Shown one piece after another: positions 38,495 to 49,670 of a stretch of DNA of 64,000 nucleotides. Source of the stretch: Phoronis australis. Lineage: Eukaryota > Animalia > Phoronida. Where the stretch lies: contig NMRA01000213.1 in NCBI GenBank assembly GCA_002633005.1, positions 331,741 through 395,740 of the forward strand, in the 5' to 3' direction. Each line of letters opens with the position of its first letter. The first letter of the stretch is position 1. A model generated the notes under the pieces. That model was given only the letters and a program-made list of their open reading frames with translations, searched no databases and was not told the origin of the DNA. The translations under genes were made by a program, and so were the position numbers.

Positions 38495-41400
38495 ACTTGA
38501 CAGACCCAAGAATCTGTAATTGGAGTTTAAAATTGCTAAAAGTGTCAAATCAAAAAGGCTTGAATTGTTATGGCTACAAATGAAAAATAAAGACGCAGTT
38601 TTATACAATACTTATTATATACACCGTTGCTTTCTGAAAATAGAAATTATTTGATTTTGTGTGAAATTGTAGAGCAGTCACCAAATATTTTTGAAAAACA
38701 GGGGTAGCATTTTTGACCCTACCTGGAGTACTTAATTATTCATATTTCAATATTTGTTTCAAGTTCAGTGACATTTAAGGCCACTTCAAGCCGCAACATA
38801 GACACGCTTTGTTACTTGTTTCTCTTCCCACAGCATTTCCACACACCAGCAGTGCTGCATGGCACACTGTACAAGTCAGTGATCCTGGAGAAATGTGAAT
38901 CGCAGTAGTTACCATAAGACAATGTGCCAGTGGATTGTTTGTGTATGAAGAGGAACTATATGTGACTGCTACACAAGTCAGCCTCGTTGGTGAGGATATC
39001 CTTTCATAGGCAATGAGTCATGTGTGGAAAATAGCTTATTTCCTTTCCTGGAAAAACATGAGCGACTGAAGCTAAAGAAGACCTAGTGACACTCTGGCCT
39101 AGTTCAGGGTCAGATTTTGGACACTAAGCGAGTCAAGTGATATGCTGTTGTGTGTACCTTCAAGGTTCTAATTGTGGATATTATTGAGGCTGAATGAGGT
39201 TACATGAAGGAAAGCCACGTGCAGAAATTGAACCATTTTACAAGCTCTTCTATAGGCCATTGAAACTAGGTCCCTGTGAAATGAAAACCAAATGCATCTG
39301 GTATAAATACCTGTCCTTTCTCACTGAGTGATATTAATTTTTCCTTTCAGAAGAAAGGCTTTATACTAATGGTAAAAATTTTCAATTTGGTACACATTAT
39401 GGGGAAATGACATTCAGTGACTGCATCGATTGTCTTACTGTCAGTAGAAAGCAAGTGAATGTTACACTTTGATGATCAAATACATTTTTCATCAACATGC
39501 AACTTTGTCACTAATTATTGAAACGACAATATTTCTTCAGTTTTAAAGTCCTATACAGTGCAGTTGTGCTTATTCTTTATAAAGCTCATTGATTACCGAA
39601 TACGCTTGCGAATTGTCATTTTCGTGTTGACCTATAGAAATGTGCAACGATCAAAATAAAGTATTCCCTTTGTTTGCATTTGATTTGTTTGTGTGTGCAT
39701 ATATTTTTTAACTTTTCTTGAGTAGGCCTTTGACCAATTTTAAGTTTTGTGTTAACTTGTTTATGAACAAAAGTTCCACATGCAAGAAAAGTAGGTTTTC
39801 AATTGTAGCTAGCTGGATAAGAATCTGCTATGCACAAGATTCGAGAATAAACAATTATAAGTATATTTAAAGACAAAATGGNTGTACAAACTCAATTTCC
39901 ATGTGGGAACAGCTGTAGGGTAATTATTGTTATTGCCGGATTTATCAATATCAACTTTCTAATTTTTCTAATTTCTGGAGGCAGCGTAAAGACAATTCAG
40001 TCACACTATGAAAGTGCTTCTTGAAGACTCTATTCGCATTTGCGACTTTTGCCATTTGTCTTTCGGCTAGAATTCAGTCTACGGGTGGTTTAGCCTGTTT
40101 CGTGTTAGTCTGCTTCATGAAACGAGGCTAAGCCACCCTTTTTAGACTGAGTTCCATCAAAACAAGCTAAGGCTAAGAATCAGAAAATCTATCCGAAATC
40201 GAAGTCGAAATACACGAATGTTAACATTTGAATCTCCAAAGTTATTTAGTTTGTTCAGTAAGTACTAATGAAAAATAAATACGCAGTTTTATACAATACT
40301 TATTATATACACCGTTGCTTTCTGAAAATAGAAATTATTTGATTTTATGTGAAATTGAAGAGCAGTCACCAAATATTTTTGAAAAGCAGGGGTAGCATTT
40401 TTGACCCTACCTGGAGTACTTAATTATTCATATTTCAATATTTGTTTCAGGTTCAGTGACATTTAAGGCCACTTCAAGCCGCAACATAGACAAGCTTTGT
40501 TACTCGTTTCTCTTCCCACAGCATTTCCACACACCAGCAGTGCTGCATGGCACACTGTACAAGTCAGTGACCCTGGAGAAATGTGAATCTCAGTAGTTAC
40601 CATAAGACAATGTGCCAGTGGATTGTTTGTGTATGAAGAGGAACTATATCTGACTGCTACACAAGTCAGCCTCGTTGGTGAGGATGTCCTTTCATAGGCA
40701 ATGCGTCATGTGTGGAAAATAGCTTATTTCCTTTCCTGGAAAAACATGAGCGACTGAAGCTAAAGAAGACCTAGTGACACTCTGGCCTAGTTCAGGGTCA
40801 GATTTTGGACACTAAACGAGTCAAGTGATATGCTGTTGTGTGTACCTTCAAGGTTCTAATTGTGGATGTTATTGAGACTGAATGAGGTTACATGAAGGAA
40901 AGCCACGTGCAGAAATTGAACCTTTTTACAAGCTCTTCTATAGGCCATTGAAACTAGGTCCCTGTGAAATGAAAACCAAAAGCATCTGGTATAAATACCT
41001 GTCCTTTCTCACTGAGTGATATTAATTTTTCCTTTCAGAAGAAAGGCTTTATACTAATGGTAAAAACTTTTCAATTTGGTACACATTATGGGGAAATGAC
41101 ATTCAGTGACTGCATCGATTGTCTTATTGTCAGTAGAAAGCAAGTGAATGTTACACTTTGATGATCAAATACATTTTTCATCAACATGCAAGTTTGTCAC
41201 TAATTATTGAAACGACAATATTTCTTCAGTTTTAAAGTCCTATACAGTGCAGTTGTGCTTATTCTTTATAAAGCTCATTGATAACCTAATACGCTTGCGA
41301 ATTGTCATTTTCGTGTTGACCTATAGAAATGTGCAACGATCAAAATGAAGTATTCCCTTTGTTTGCATTTGATTTGTTTGTGTGTGCATATATTTTTCAA

Positions 41401-42722
41401 CCTTTCTTGAGTAGGCCTTTGAACAATTTTAAGTTTTGTGTTAACTTGTTTATGAACAAAAGTTCCACCTGCAAGAAAAGTAGGTTTTCAATTGTAGCTA
41501 GCTGGATAAGAATCTGCTATGCACAAGATTCGAGAATAAACAATTATCAGTATATTTAAAGACAAAATGGCAAACTGAACAACCACATACATACAAAGAA
41601 AAAACATTGTTAAAAACAACTGTAATTTTCCCAATGCAACAGAGTCCATAATCAGGCATATCAAGTGCTGAATTAGGTTCAATTCTCTCAGGTTATTGCT
41701 GAATTGTCCAAAGGTAAAATAGACAGTCAGGCGGCTGGTTTCAGTTGTTTTCTCTCACCTGTAACAGAATAGTAAGAGAAATATTAGCAAATTATAAAAG
41801 AAAGCACAAGGCAAAACTGCTTTTGTAAGGCAGAACATACTTGACGTTTCATGTTTATGTGTAGAAACTATTAATCTTTGTACCCAAGTCTTATTTAAGA
41901 TCTGAATTAAAATATGTGAAACAAGCCACTAGTGATTTAAAAATGTGTATTTTTCATGACACCTAAAATGTGCTTCTGATCTCAACAAGTAAAATGCATT
42001 CTAGGTGTCAATTTTTATTCCGATGCAATGTTATGAATTTACTTATAGCTTATTCATGTTAATTCAGTAACTAATCTGGTAGTCCTGGGGGTGGGGTCCA
42101 CTGCACAATAAGGAAACTCCCTCATCTAGAGAATTTTACTGGACTTAACACTGATAGTTTTGAAGAGAAACTGCTGTGAAAAAGTCACCCTTGACTTCTG
42201 AGCGTCACGTACCATACACTTCTTATATTGGGTGCACTTCCACCCAGGACAATATATGTGAATTATGCGCTGCTAGCCTACCCGGCATTCGAGTCCCAGG
42301 TGAGTTTCCGAAAAGAAACACTTAGTTCCACTCAATAAACCCGTTATTAAGTGGGGTAACTGGTGGGGATAACATCACCGAATGATGTCGATAGCAATTG
42401 ATTGCTAAAAACTTAACAAGTAACATTATGTAGTCTCCCAATGGAAATGCATAGAGCACTAACGGAGCGTCGGCATTCACACACTTTTTGTCAGTTGGTT
42501 GACCCTGTTGACCGCAATTCTCCACGAATGCAGTAAGCTTATGTCTTATGGGAATTTCTGACCACCAGGGAAAATAGAAATAATAAGGCTTTGTGCGACG
42601 ACCTATTTTGATAACAATTCCGTCTTTTTACCAGCTGTTTACATGTAAACAGCGACGAATGCGCAATTCAATCACCACTAGTACAGCAGCGACACCGCGA
42701 GGAGAATTCTCCAAATAGCCCC
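38490..42722 (+). mobile_element. ISL2EU-like (PIF/Harbinger group) DNA transposon relic, copy A (part of it duplicated in the assembly)
   Basis: Contains a decayed YqaJ/lambda-exonuclease reading frame. The right terminus reads CACCACTAGTACA...AATAGCCCC|AT. Homologous in inverted orientation to 48860..55112. Left boundary is uncertain. Confidence 0.7.
38835..39250 (+). pseudogene. Decayed YqaJ-like (lambda exonuclease, PD-(D/E)XK) domain
   Basis: Reads TPAVLHGTLYKSV...SGLFVYEEELYVTATQVSLVGED...LVQGQILDTKRVK*YAVVCTF with stops and frameshifts. A near-identical copy lies at about 40525..40940. Confidence 0.7.
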
Positions 42723-42726
42723 ATTT

Positions 42727-42990
42727 GCATCAGCTGGCTCAAGCTTCAACTGAATAAGCAGGTGGCGCACGTCAAGGTGTTACTGGTCTTATGAATTGCA
42801 TTTGATGTTTTGTTGCTATGATGTGTGCTGATACACTGTACACTGTAGCTCGGGAGTTGCATGTAAATGGTCTTGATAGCTTGTCCTGATGATGATGTTT
42901 TAGACATCGAAACATGTTGAAGATGAAAAATCTCGTTGTTTTTATTAATGTTGTCACTAACTTGTCTTCGTTGAGACTACTTACAAACAA
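42727..42990 (+). mobile_element. Penelope-like element 3' fragment
   Basis: Reads ISWLKLQLNKQVAHVKVLLVL* (GIY-YIG C-terminal P.LNKQ pattern), followed by a hammerhead-like motif. Confidence 0.65.
42881..42922 (+). ncRNA. Minimal type I hammerhead-ribozyme-like motif (Penelope-associated)
   Basis: CTGATGA core, stem II GATGT/ACATC, GAAA, palindromic ACATGT stem III and GTT cleavage triplet. Stem I is imperfect. Confidence 0.6.
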
Positions 42991-43059
42991 TTAAAAGTAA
43001 AAATATCATTAAAATATCGTGAATATTTCTTGGAGGGCTCTAAGATCTCTCGTGTGTTG

Positions 43060-46000
43060 TAGTCGGTGGGCCAGATTTTGTAGGGCCTCTAGAAAATGGT
43101 TTTTGTGAGTACTTTAGGGGGGCAATTTTATTTTGGTGTTTTTTAATTCATTTATTAGAGTGTTTTCAAAATCTAAAAAGTTCCCACATATAAAGTTGCA
43201 CATTTTTGAGAAATTTGAGTTTGAAGTTACCTAATAATCACCAAAGAGCTTAGTAAACTTATATTTGTAAAAACAACAGGTTTGGTGACTTTTTTGTAAA
43301 ACAAGTAATATGGTCCCATCAGTGCCATTGTATTGAACAATATTACACTCACATTACATGTTTTACTATTGTAAAGTAATTGTAAACAGCGAAATTTAAA
43401 AAATGTAAAGAGACACCTAGTGGCAAAAATGCAAACTAAGTCTGAATGTTACTAGGAAGTTATTCTGGCATTGTCAGGCAACAAAAATAACACAAAACAC
43501 TTGAGACTGGGCAAAATTTGTGCCTCAATGAACTGATTAATGGTGTAAAATACAGCTTGTTTGCATAATACAGCAGAAATACGTTATAGTGCAAAAACAA
43601 TTAAATTTAACTTGTTAAATGCATTTATCGTCATTATTTTGAAACTTGTCTCTTTATTTTGATACTAGTCCTTGGGGTTTATTTTGCATTACTCATCTCT
43701 ATTTATAGCCTCAAGGGCCTACTTTTGTATTCATGCGTTTCTCTACGCGACTCCTGATTGGTCGCCCATATTTCCTTTGTTCAGTTTAACGTGGTGTCTC
43801 ATTCAGCCACCTACCTCGTCGTCTACAAGACCTACGTTCGTTCTCTTCATTTTTTCCCCACCCCCCATCCCGGGTGTCGGTTCCACTTTCTCTTTGCTCA
43901 TATACATTTCCGGTTAGGTTTTTCAAGTTTTGTGTTCATGTTCTGTACTTTTCCTTTAAGCCCTTCAGGCAGTTCTTTGTTTTGCGTTTTGTCCATGCCC
44001 ATCTTGCAGAGTCTTAGTTAGTTTTATTTATTTACGTCATAATAAATGACAATATTCCCAATCCTCCTCTTGTTTTACTCTGCAACATAGCTCGTGGCGT
44101 ACCCCGGGCAAAATAGATTACGATAAATATAGTTGAATGATCTCTGTGAATGTGCACCGACTCTATGAAAATAATAGATTATTCTGACAGCGTTTATCAA
44201 GCAGTATGAGACAAATACGTGACAATGATCAAAGTATGTACTTTCTATGACTTAATCAACAAATAAAATTAACCTTTTAATACAAAAAAGGAAATAAACG
44301 GGGTTGGAGGTCTATTTAGGGTTGACTTGTCAAAGAAATATCCAATGTTATGCAGTCAGTGTTGCTGATGTTACTACAGTTGTCACAGCTGCACATTTCT
44401 GTACAGTTTGACCCAGCATTGCAGCACAAACTCAGTTTCCCAGCACACAAGTTCTTTTTGCACTTGCAGCATTCATCGTTTAGTACTGTCAATGGAGATG
44501 CGGTCATTGCCATACATATTAACTGCAAAGGTCCACCGCCAAGGAGCCAACTATGGTCGATTAGAGAGGGTACAGCACTGCACACTGGTGATTAGCCCGC
44601 AGGCAATGAGGGTCAAACACTAAGTCCTTGTTTGGAGGCGGGCACTATTTGGGCAAAGGTTTGATTCAAAATATGTTATAATGGGCTGTGTTAATTAGAG
44701 TCAGCAAGTGAATTATTGAACACTAGCCTCAATTCACTTTCGTATCTCCTAGTCGGGCACAAACTACAACAGTGAGTAGCTTCAACAATATTTCTTAAGA
44801 TTGCCTGTCCAAATAACTTCATGCACACCAGCTTTTTGAAGAACAGCTTCAAAGTCTTGCTTTAGTTTTGAAAGGCAAATGACATCTCCTTGTGTTAGAA
44901 GCTTCGATTCAATGAACTCCAAACAAAACTGTAGAAAAACATCTCTGAAAACTGTGAATTCGTCACTCTTCACAATCGTTGTCTTTCTATTTTTATAGCA
45001 TGATGATCTGTGGTACTTGGCTTCTAAGACACAAGGTCTTTATCTTTGAATTTCATTTGCATATTCAGGGCTCTGGACTGAGCTGTTGCTTGCGATACAA
45101 GTCCAACTGACAAAAACCCGAACTGTTAACACTAATTTAACATTCAACTATGAGTGAGCTGGCATTCAACTTTTTCAGCCGGACTGATCCACCACCAGCC
45201 TAACAAATTTACATGCCGTCTGATCTGTAGCCTAATAATGTTGATCGTCTAATAATTAGATCAGTTGATGCAACAGAAAATAAATCAGCTGATATACCAG
45301 TGCAGTGATTGAAATTTAATTTTTTTAAATCAGATGCTCAAACCATAGTCAATCGATTTACACTTAAGGTAATCGACGTTTGACGAAATGGAGAGTGACT
45401 TCCATCGTCCTCAAATTTCGACGGCGACGATGGCCACTTAGGCACTTTAATTTAATTGTCATTGCAGCTACCTAAGTAATTAATGTTTACAAAAAATTGA
45501 GACTACGGCAGGGGATGACGGCCACTTGGGCATGTTGTTTGCAACCATCTACTCCATTTACCCTTCTCAAATATTTTTGACTTAAAGTGCTTTAAAATCA
45601 CACCCACACTATAACGTCATAGGATTATCCCTTAGCTCAAGCAGTGTCGATGTGGCAACTGCATGGAGTGTTCGAAAAACAGGATTGCAGGAGTATTTGT
45701 TTAAACTGGGAACAAATGAAAACATTAACAACCTCCTCAGAGGCATCTCTCTACGTGGTACTTCTGAACTTATAGGAACATAATTTGCCGAAAAGTATCC
45801 GGCATATGGAGTACAGTGTACCTATGGTATGATCATCGTCTCTACTGGGTCAGCAGTATTGTCTAAGGCCTAGGCAGCCAAGGGGCTGAACAAGTTAAAA
45901 AACAACTGGTGATAATACTGAAACACACATGGAAAACACCAAGATGTATTTTTGAAAAACACGTACCTGTTTTTGAAAGCTATACTTCTTTCTCTTTCTT

Positions 46001-46729
46001 GAAATGTGGCCCATAATGTACTTTCCCTGCTAACAAATGATGCACTCATGTTTCAGAATGTTCCTATCTTGTTCAGGTTAATTGGGTGTTTCAGATTATA
46101 ATTGATTTTCTTGGGAAATCTTGGATAACATCTGTATCACTTTCAGCAACTTCAGCTTTAGTACTACTGTTGGTGCCTTGAAACGTTGCTATGCCGTTCT
46201 ATGTCCTTGCGAGTTTTTGGTCTGACACTTGGTCTTCTAGTCTACAGCACTCAGCAGTATACTGTGTAGGCTACCAGGACATGCAGCTGTTTTCTGCACA
46301 AACGTTTGTGACACCTCTTCTTCTTTTTGATCTACTGACCTACAGAGTTCCACAGTCAATCAGCTTTCGTCAGGAAGCTTTCCTAAGCTTCTTTAGGCTC
46401 TGACATCACAATTTTGTGCTGTTTGATAAACCTTGAATTATACAGGCATCACACTCCATGGGAGCAGCCATATTGAAGTAACTAAGCACAACAATACAAT
46501 CTGGCTCTCTGATTGGTCAATTCAATAGGAAAGCGCCATCAAGTGGCAGGAATGTGTATCATATTTTGTGCAACAAAAACACCTTTTTTAAAAATTGTGC
46601 AAGTGTAGACATGGGAACTTTTTGGAATTTGATTTATAGGTATATTATCTAGCCACATAGAAAAAACTATGTTGCCCCCCCCCAAAGTACTCACAAGGAT
46701 AAACGCTATGAGATCTGGCCCACCGACTA
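43060..46729 (-). mobile_element. Academ DNA transposon (internally deleted) with both TIRs
   Basis: Perfect 17-bp TIR TAGTCGGTGGGCCAGAT / ATCTGGCCCACCGACTA plus a subterminal inverted match. Flanks are TTG/ATG (degenerate 3-bp TSD). Minus-strand relics include EAKYHRSSCY (about 45000) and a Cys8 finger CCKCKKNLC...CCNAGSNCTEMCSCDNCSN (about 44370..44480). Confidence 0.85.
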
Positions 46730-49670
46730 ATGCCCTGTCTTCCATGCGTTACTGGTTGCCGCTTAGTAGCTGTGCGCATGTCTCCGGGAATCGTTTAAAA
46801 TTCCATACAATAAATTACGGATTTTGAAAGCAAAGCAATTAATTGCGTGAGCTTGCACGTTCTATATGTATACTGTGCTGCCACTTGACGCACCAATATG
46901 TCAAGAATATTGTCTTTCTGGTTATCTGCAGTTAGGAACATTGGTTTCTGATTTAAGCAGTATGTATCCCCAAAAATCGAATGATCCATACACTTATTAA
47001 AACTTGAACTTATATGCAGGCTGATATTCGAAAAAATTTCCATCGTCCGACCTCCAAACGTTTTATATGGACTAGAATTTTTATCGATGTGAAATACCAT
47101 ACATTAAGGAATTGACGTCCCGGCGAATTTTAACATACATGTAGGTTTCGTTTATTTTGATTAGTTCTTCATCATTGGTTCTCCGATGGGGTACAGGTGT
47201 TTCAGCGTCGATTTTATAAAATCTCTCAGGTAAAGTTTCAGGGACACCAGAGCTGCACCCCTTAAGAGTGCACCTTGAACACATCACCCTGGCCAATAAA
47301 CTTGTCTGACGCCGAACTGTACCCCATTGTGGTGAATCTTGCATCAACTCTCCGAATTTGAAGAAATTTATTACCAAAGTTTTTGAGACAATGTTACGTC
47401 TACTACTCAACTTGCATTTACCGTATATCATATCCGTATATCACATCCGTATATCACATCCCACGGAGTTTCTTACGTGCACAGTATATTATGCTCACTA
47501 AAGAATCCATTTGGCACTACATCCTTTTCGCAGGCTAAATGTGACTTCCGTTAAAATACTCCCTTCAAATCAAATCCATACCCTAGAAGCCCAATAATAC
47601 TCGTGTAACCTTTTTCAATTCTAAAATGTGACCTTTCTACTGAATTTTTGTTGAAACACGACCACCCAGGTTCCTGCTGACTGTCTCCCAATGATCAAGC
47701 CCTTGACACTTGTTCTGGGAAATCACGGAACCCTACCGGGGTTTTCCGTAGATAAGCCCACCCGATGAAACGCCCATAGGCGTTTATTCGGAAAATTATG
47801 ACGAATGCGCCCATGGCGAAACAACGAAGAAAGTGTTGGCGAACCATGCATTTATTAACACCTATCATTGAAAAAAGGGTACGCATGCGTGAGATGGCCA
47901 GAACAGCTGAAGCGGTAGTGTCTGAAGACGTTGCCCTTGGTTCAAATTCTTAGCGTCATTTGCAGATGAATGTGGCATTCTTGACGTCTGTAACCTGATT
48001 CTGATACAAAATTAAACTGTTGTAATAGTAGTTCTTTGAAGACTTCGAGGTAGGTTTGCGGCGCCCTCTTTTGAGTATTCCGATTCTAAGACGGTTGAGA
48101 GCAGGCAGAATTTGTTGCTACATGTATGGTATGCTGAAGAGATGAAATATCTTTGTCAATACATGTACATTGTAACATCTTGTTGATATTCTAAGTAGCG
48201 TTAATAGTTTTTGTCTGTTGCTTTTTCGTACAGTTCTAATTAGTTTACGTCCCTCTATATTCTTGTATAATGTTTTCGTTTGTTGCCCGCTAGTTTGATT
48301 TGTTTGTAACTACCACTGTCATATATATTAAGACATGTTTCATTGTTTCGTTTCACGAACCACTTCTATGAAGACCAAAGTGCCCTCAAAGCAGTCACAT
48401 AGCTAAGTTTTGAAATATACACCGACGTTCTTTTTCTAGAATTATGTTTACATGAGAGCGTCCTAGTGAATTCTGTTTTGTGCAATGTTCACTTCTTACT
48501 TGGCTTGTGCACGACTGATGCATCGGGTCGCCAGAAATCTCGTTTTAGTTCTGTGGTCAGCTACGGCAAGGGAAAAACTAATGATTTACCTACATGTAGT
48601 TGACAGTGCCGTGTGAAACAAGAAGTGAAAAAAATCAAATGAAAATTATGAGATGGTTAAACGGATACCAAACCTCGGTTTGACTTACTGAATGATATCA
48701 AAAACGACTTCACGTCCAGTTCTCTGAAGCAAATAATACTCTCTAACCCTGAACATCTTTCAAGTGTCTGTTAAGTAGGCAAGTGTGACATACGCTCTTG
48801 GCGAGTTACATGGTGACTGTAGGGGAAAAAACGCCAAACAAGAATCAAAATACCCGCCCGTCGCTGTCTGCATGTACAGTGTAAACAGCTGGTAAAATGA
48901 CGGAATTTTTATCAAAGTACGTCGTCACGCTAAGCCTTATTATTGCTATTTTACCTGGTACAAATCCTCGACAGGTGGTCACAAATTCCCGAACGGACCT
49001 AAGGTTACTACAGGTGTAGAGAATTGCGGTTAAATGGGTCAACCAAGTTACAAAACGTGTGTGGATGTCGAAGCCTCACGCCCCGTATGTGCTGCATGCA
49101 TTTCCATAGAGAGACTACATAATCACATTAGTTGGTAAGTTTTTAGTAATTAGTTCCTTTCGACATTGTTCAGTGATGTTATCCCCACCAGTTACCCCAC
49201 TGAATAACCGGTTTATTCAGTGGAACTAAGCGTTTCTTTTCAGAAACTCACCCGGCACCCGGATGGTAGGCTAGCAGCACATATTCATGCATTGTCCTGG
49301 GTGGGAGTGCACCCAATATAAGAGGTGTACGGGACTTGCCGCTCAGAAGTTAAGGGTGACGTTTTCAAAGCAGTTAATCTTCAAAACCGTGCTATGCCCA
49401 ATAAAATTCTCTAAATAAGAGAGTTTCCATATTTTATAGCAGACCAAACCCCAGGGCTACTTGATAAGCTACCGAATTAATATGAATGGGCTATTCAATA
49501 AATTAGTAACAATGCATTGGAATAAATATTGACACCTAGAATGAATTTTATTTGTTGAGATCAGAAACACATTTTAGGTGTCATGAAAAATACACATTCT
49601 TAAATCACGTTTAGCCTGCTTCACATATTTTAATTCAGACCTTAAACAAGGCTTGGGTACAAAGATTATT

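Larger units (their letters stand above)
37772..41570 (+). repeat. Near-identical tandem duplication (37772..39881 and 39883..41570) joined by a single N
   Basis: Copy 2 restarts at TGTACAAACTCAATTTCC immediately after N39882. The copies differ by scattered SNPs and a 422-bp indel (about 38161..38582). Confidence 0.95.

Noticed and set aside
38835-39250. YqaJ domain as evidence of an endogenous virus or a functional host nuclease
   Set aside because: Frames are broken by stops and frameshifts, lie within TIR-type termini, and no capsid or polymerase relics are nearby.
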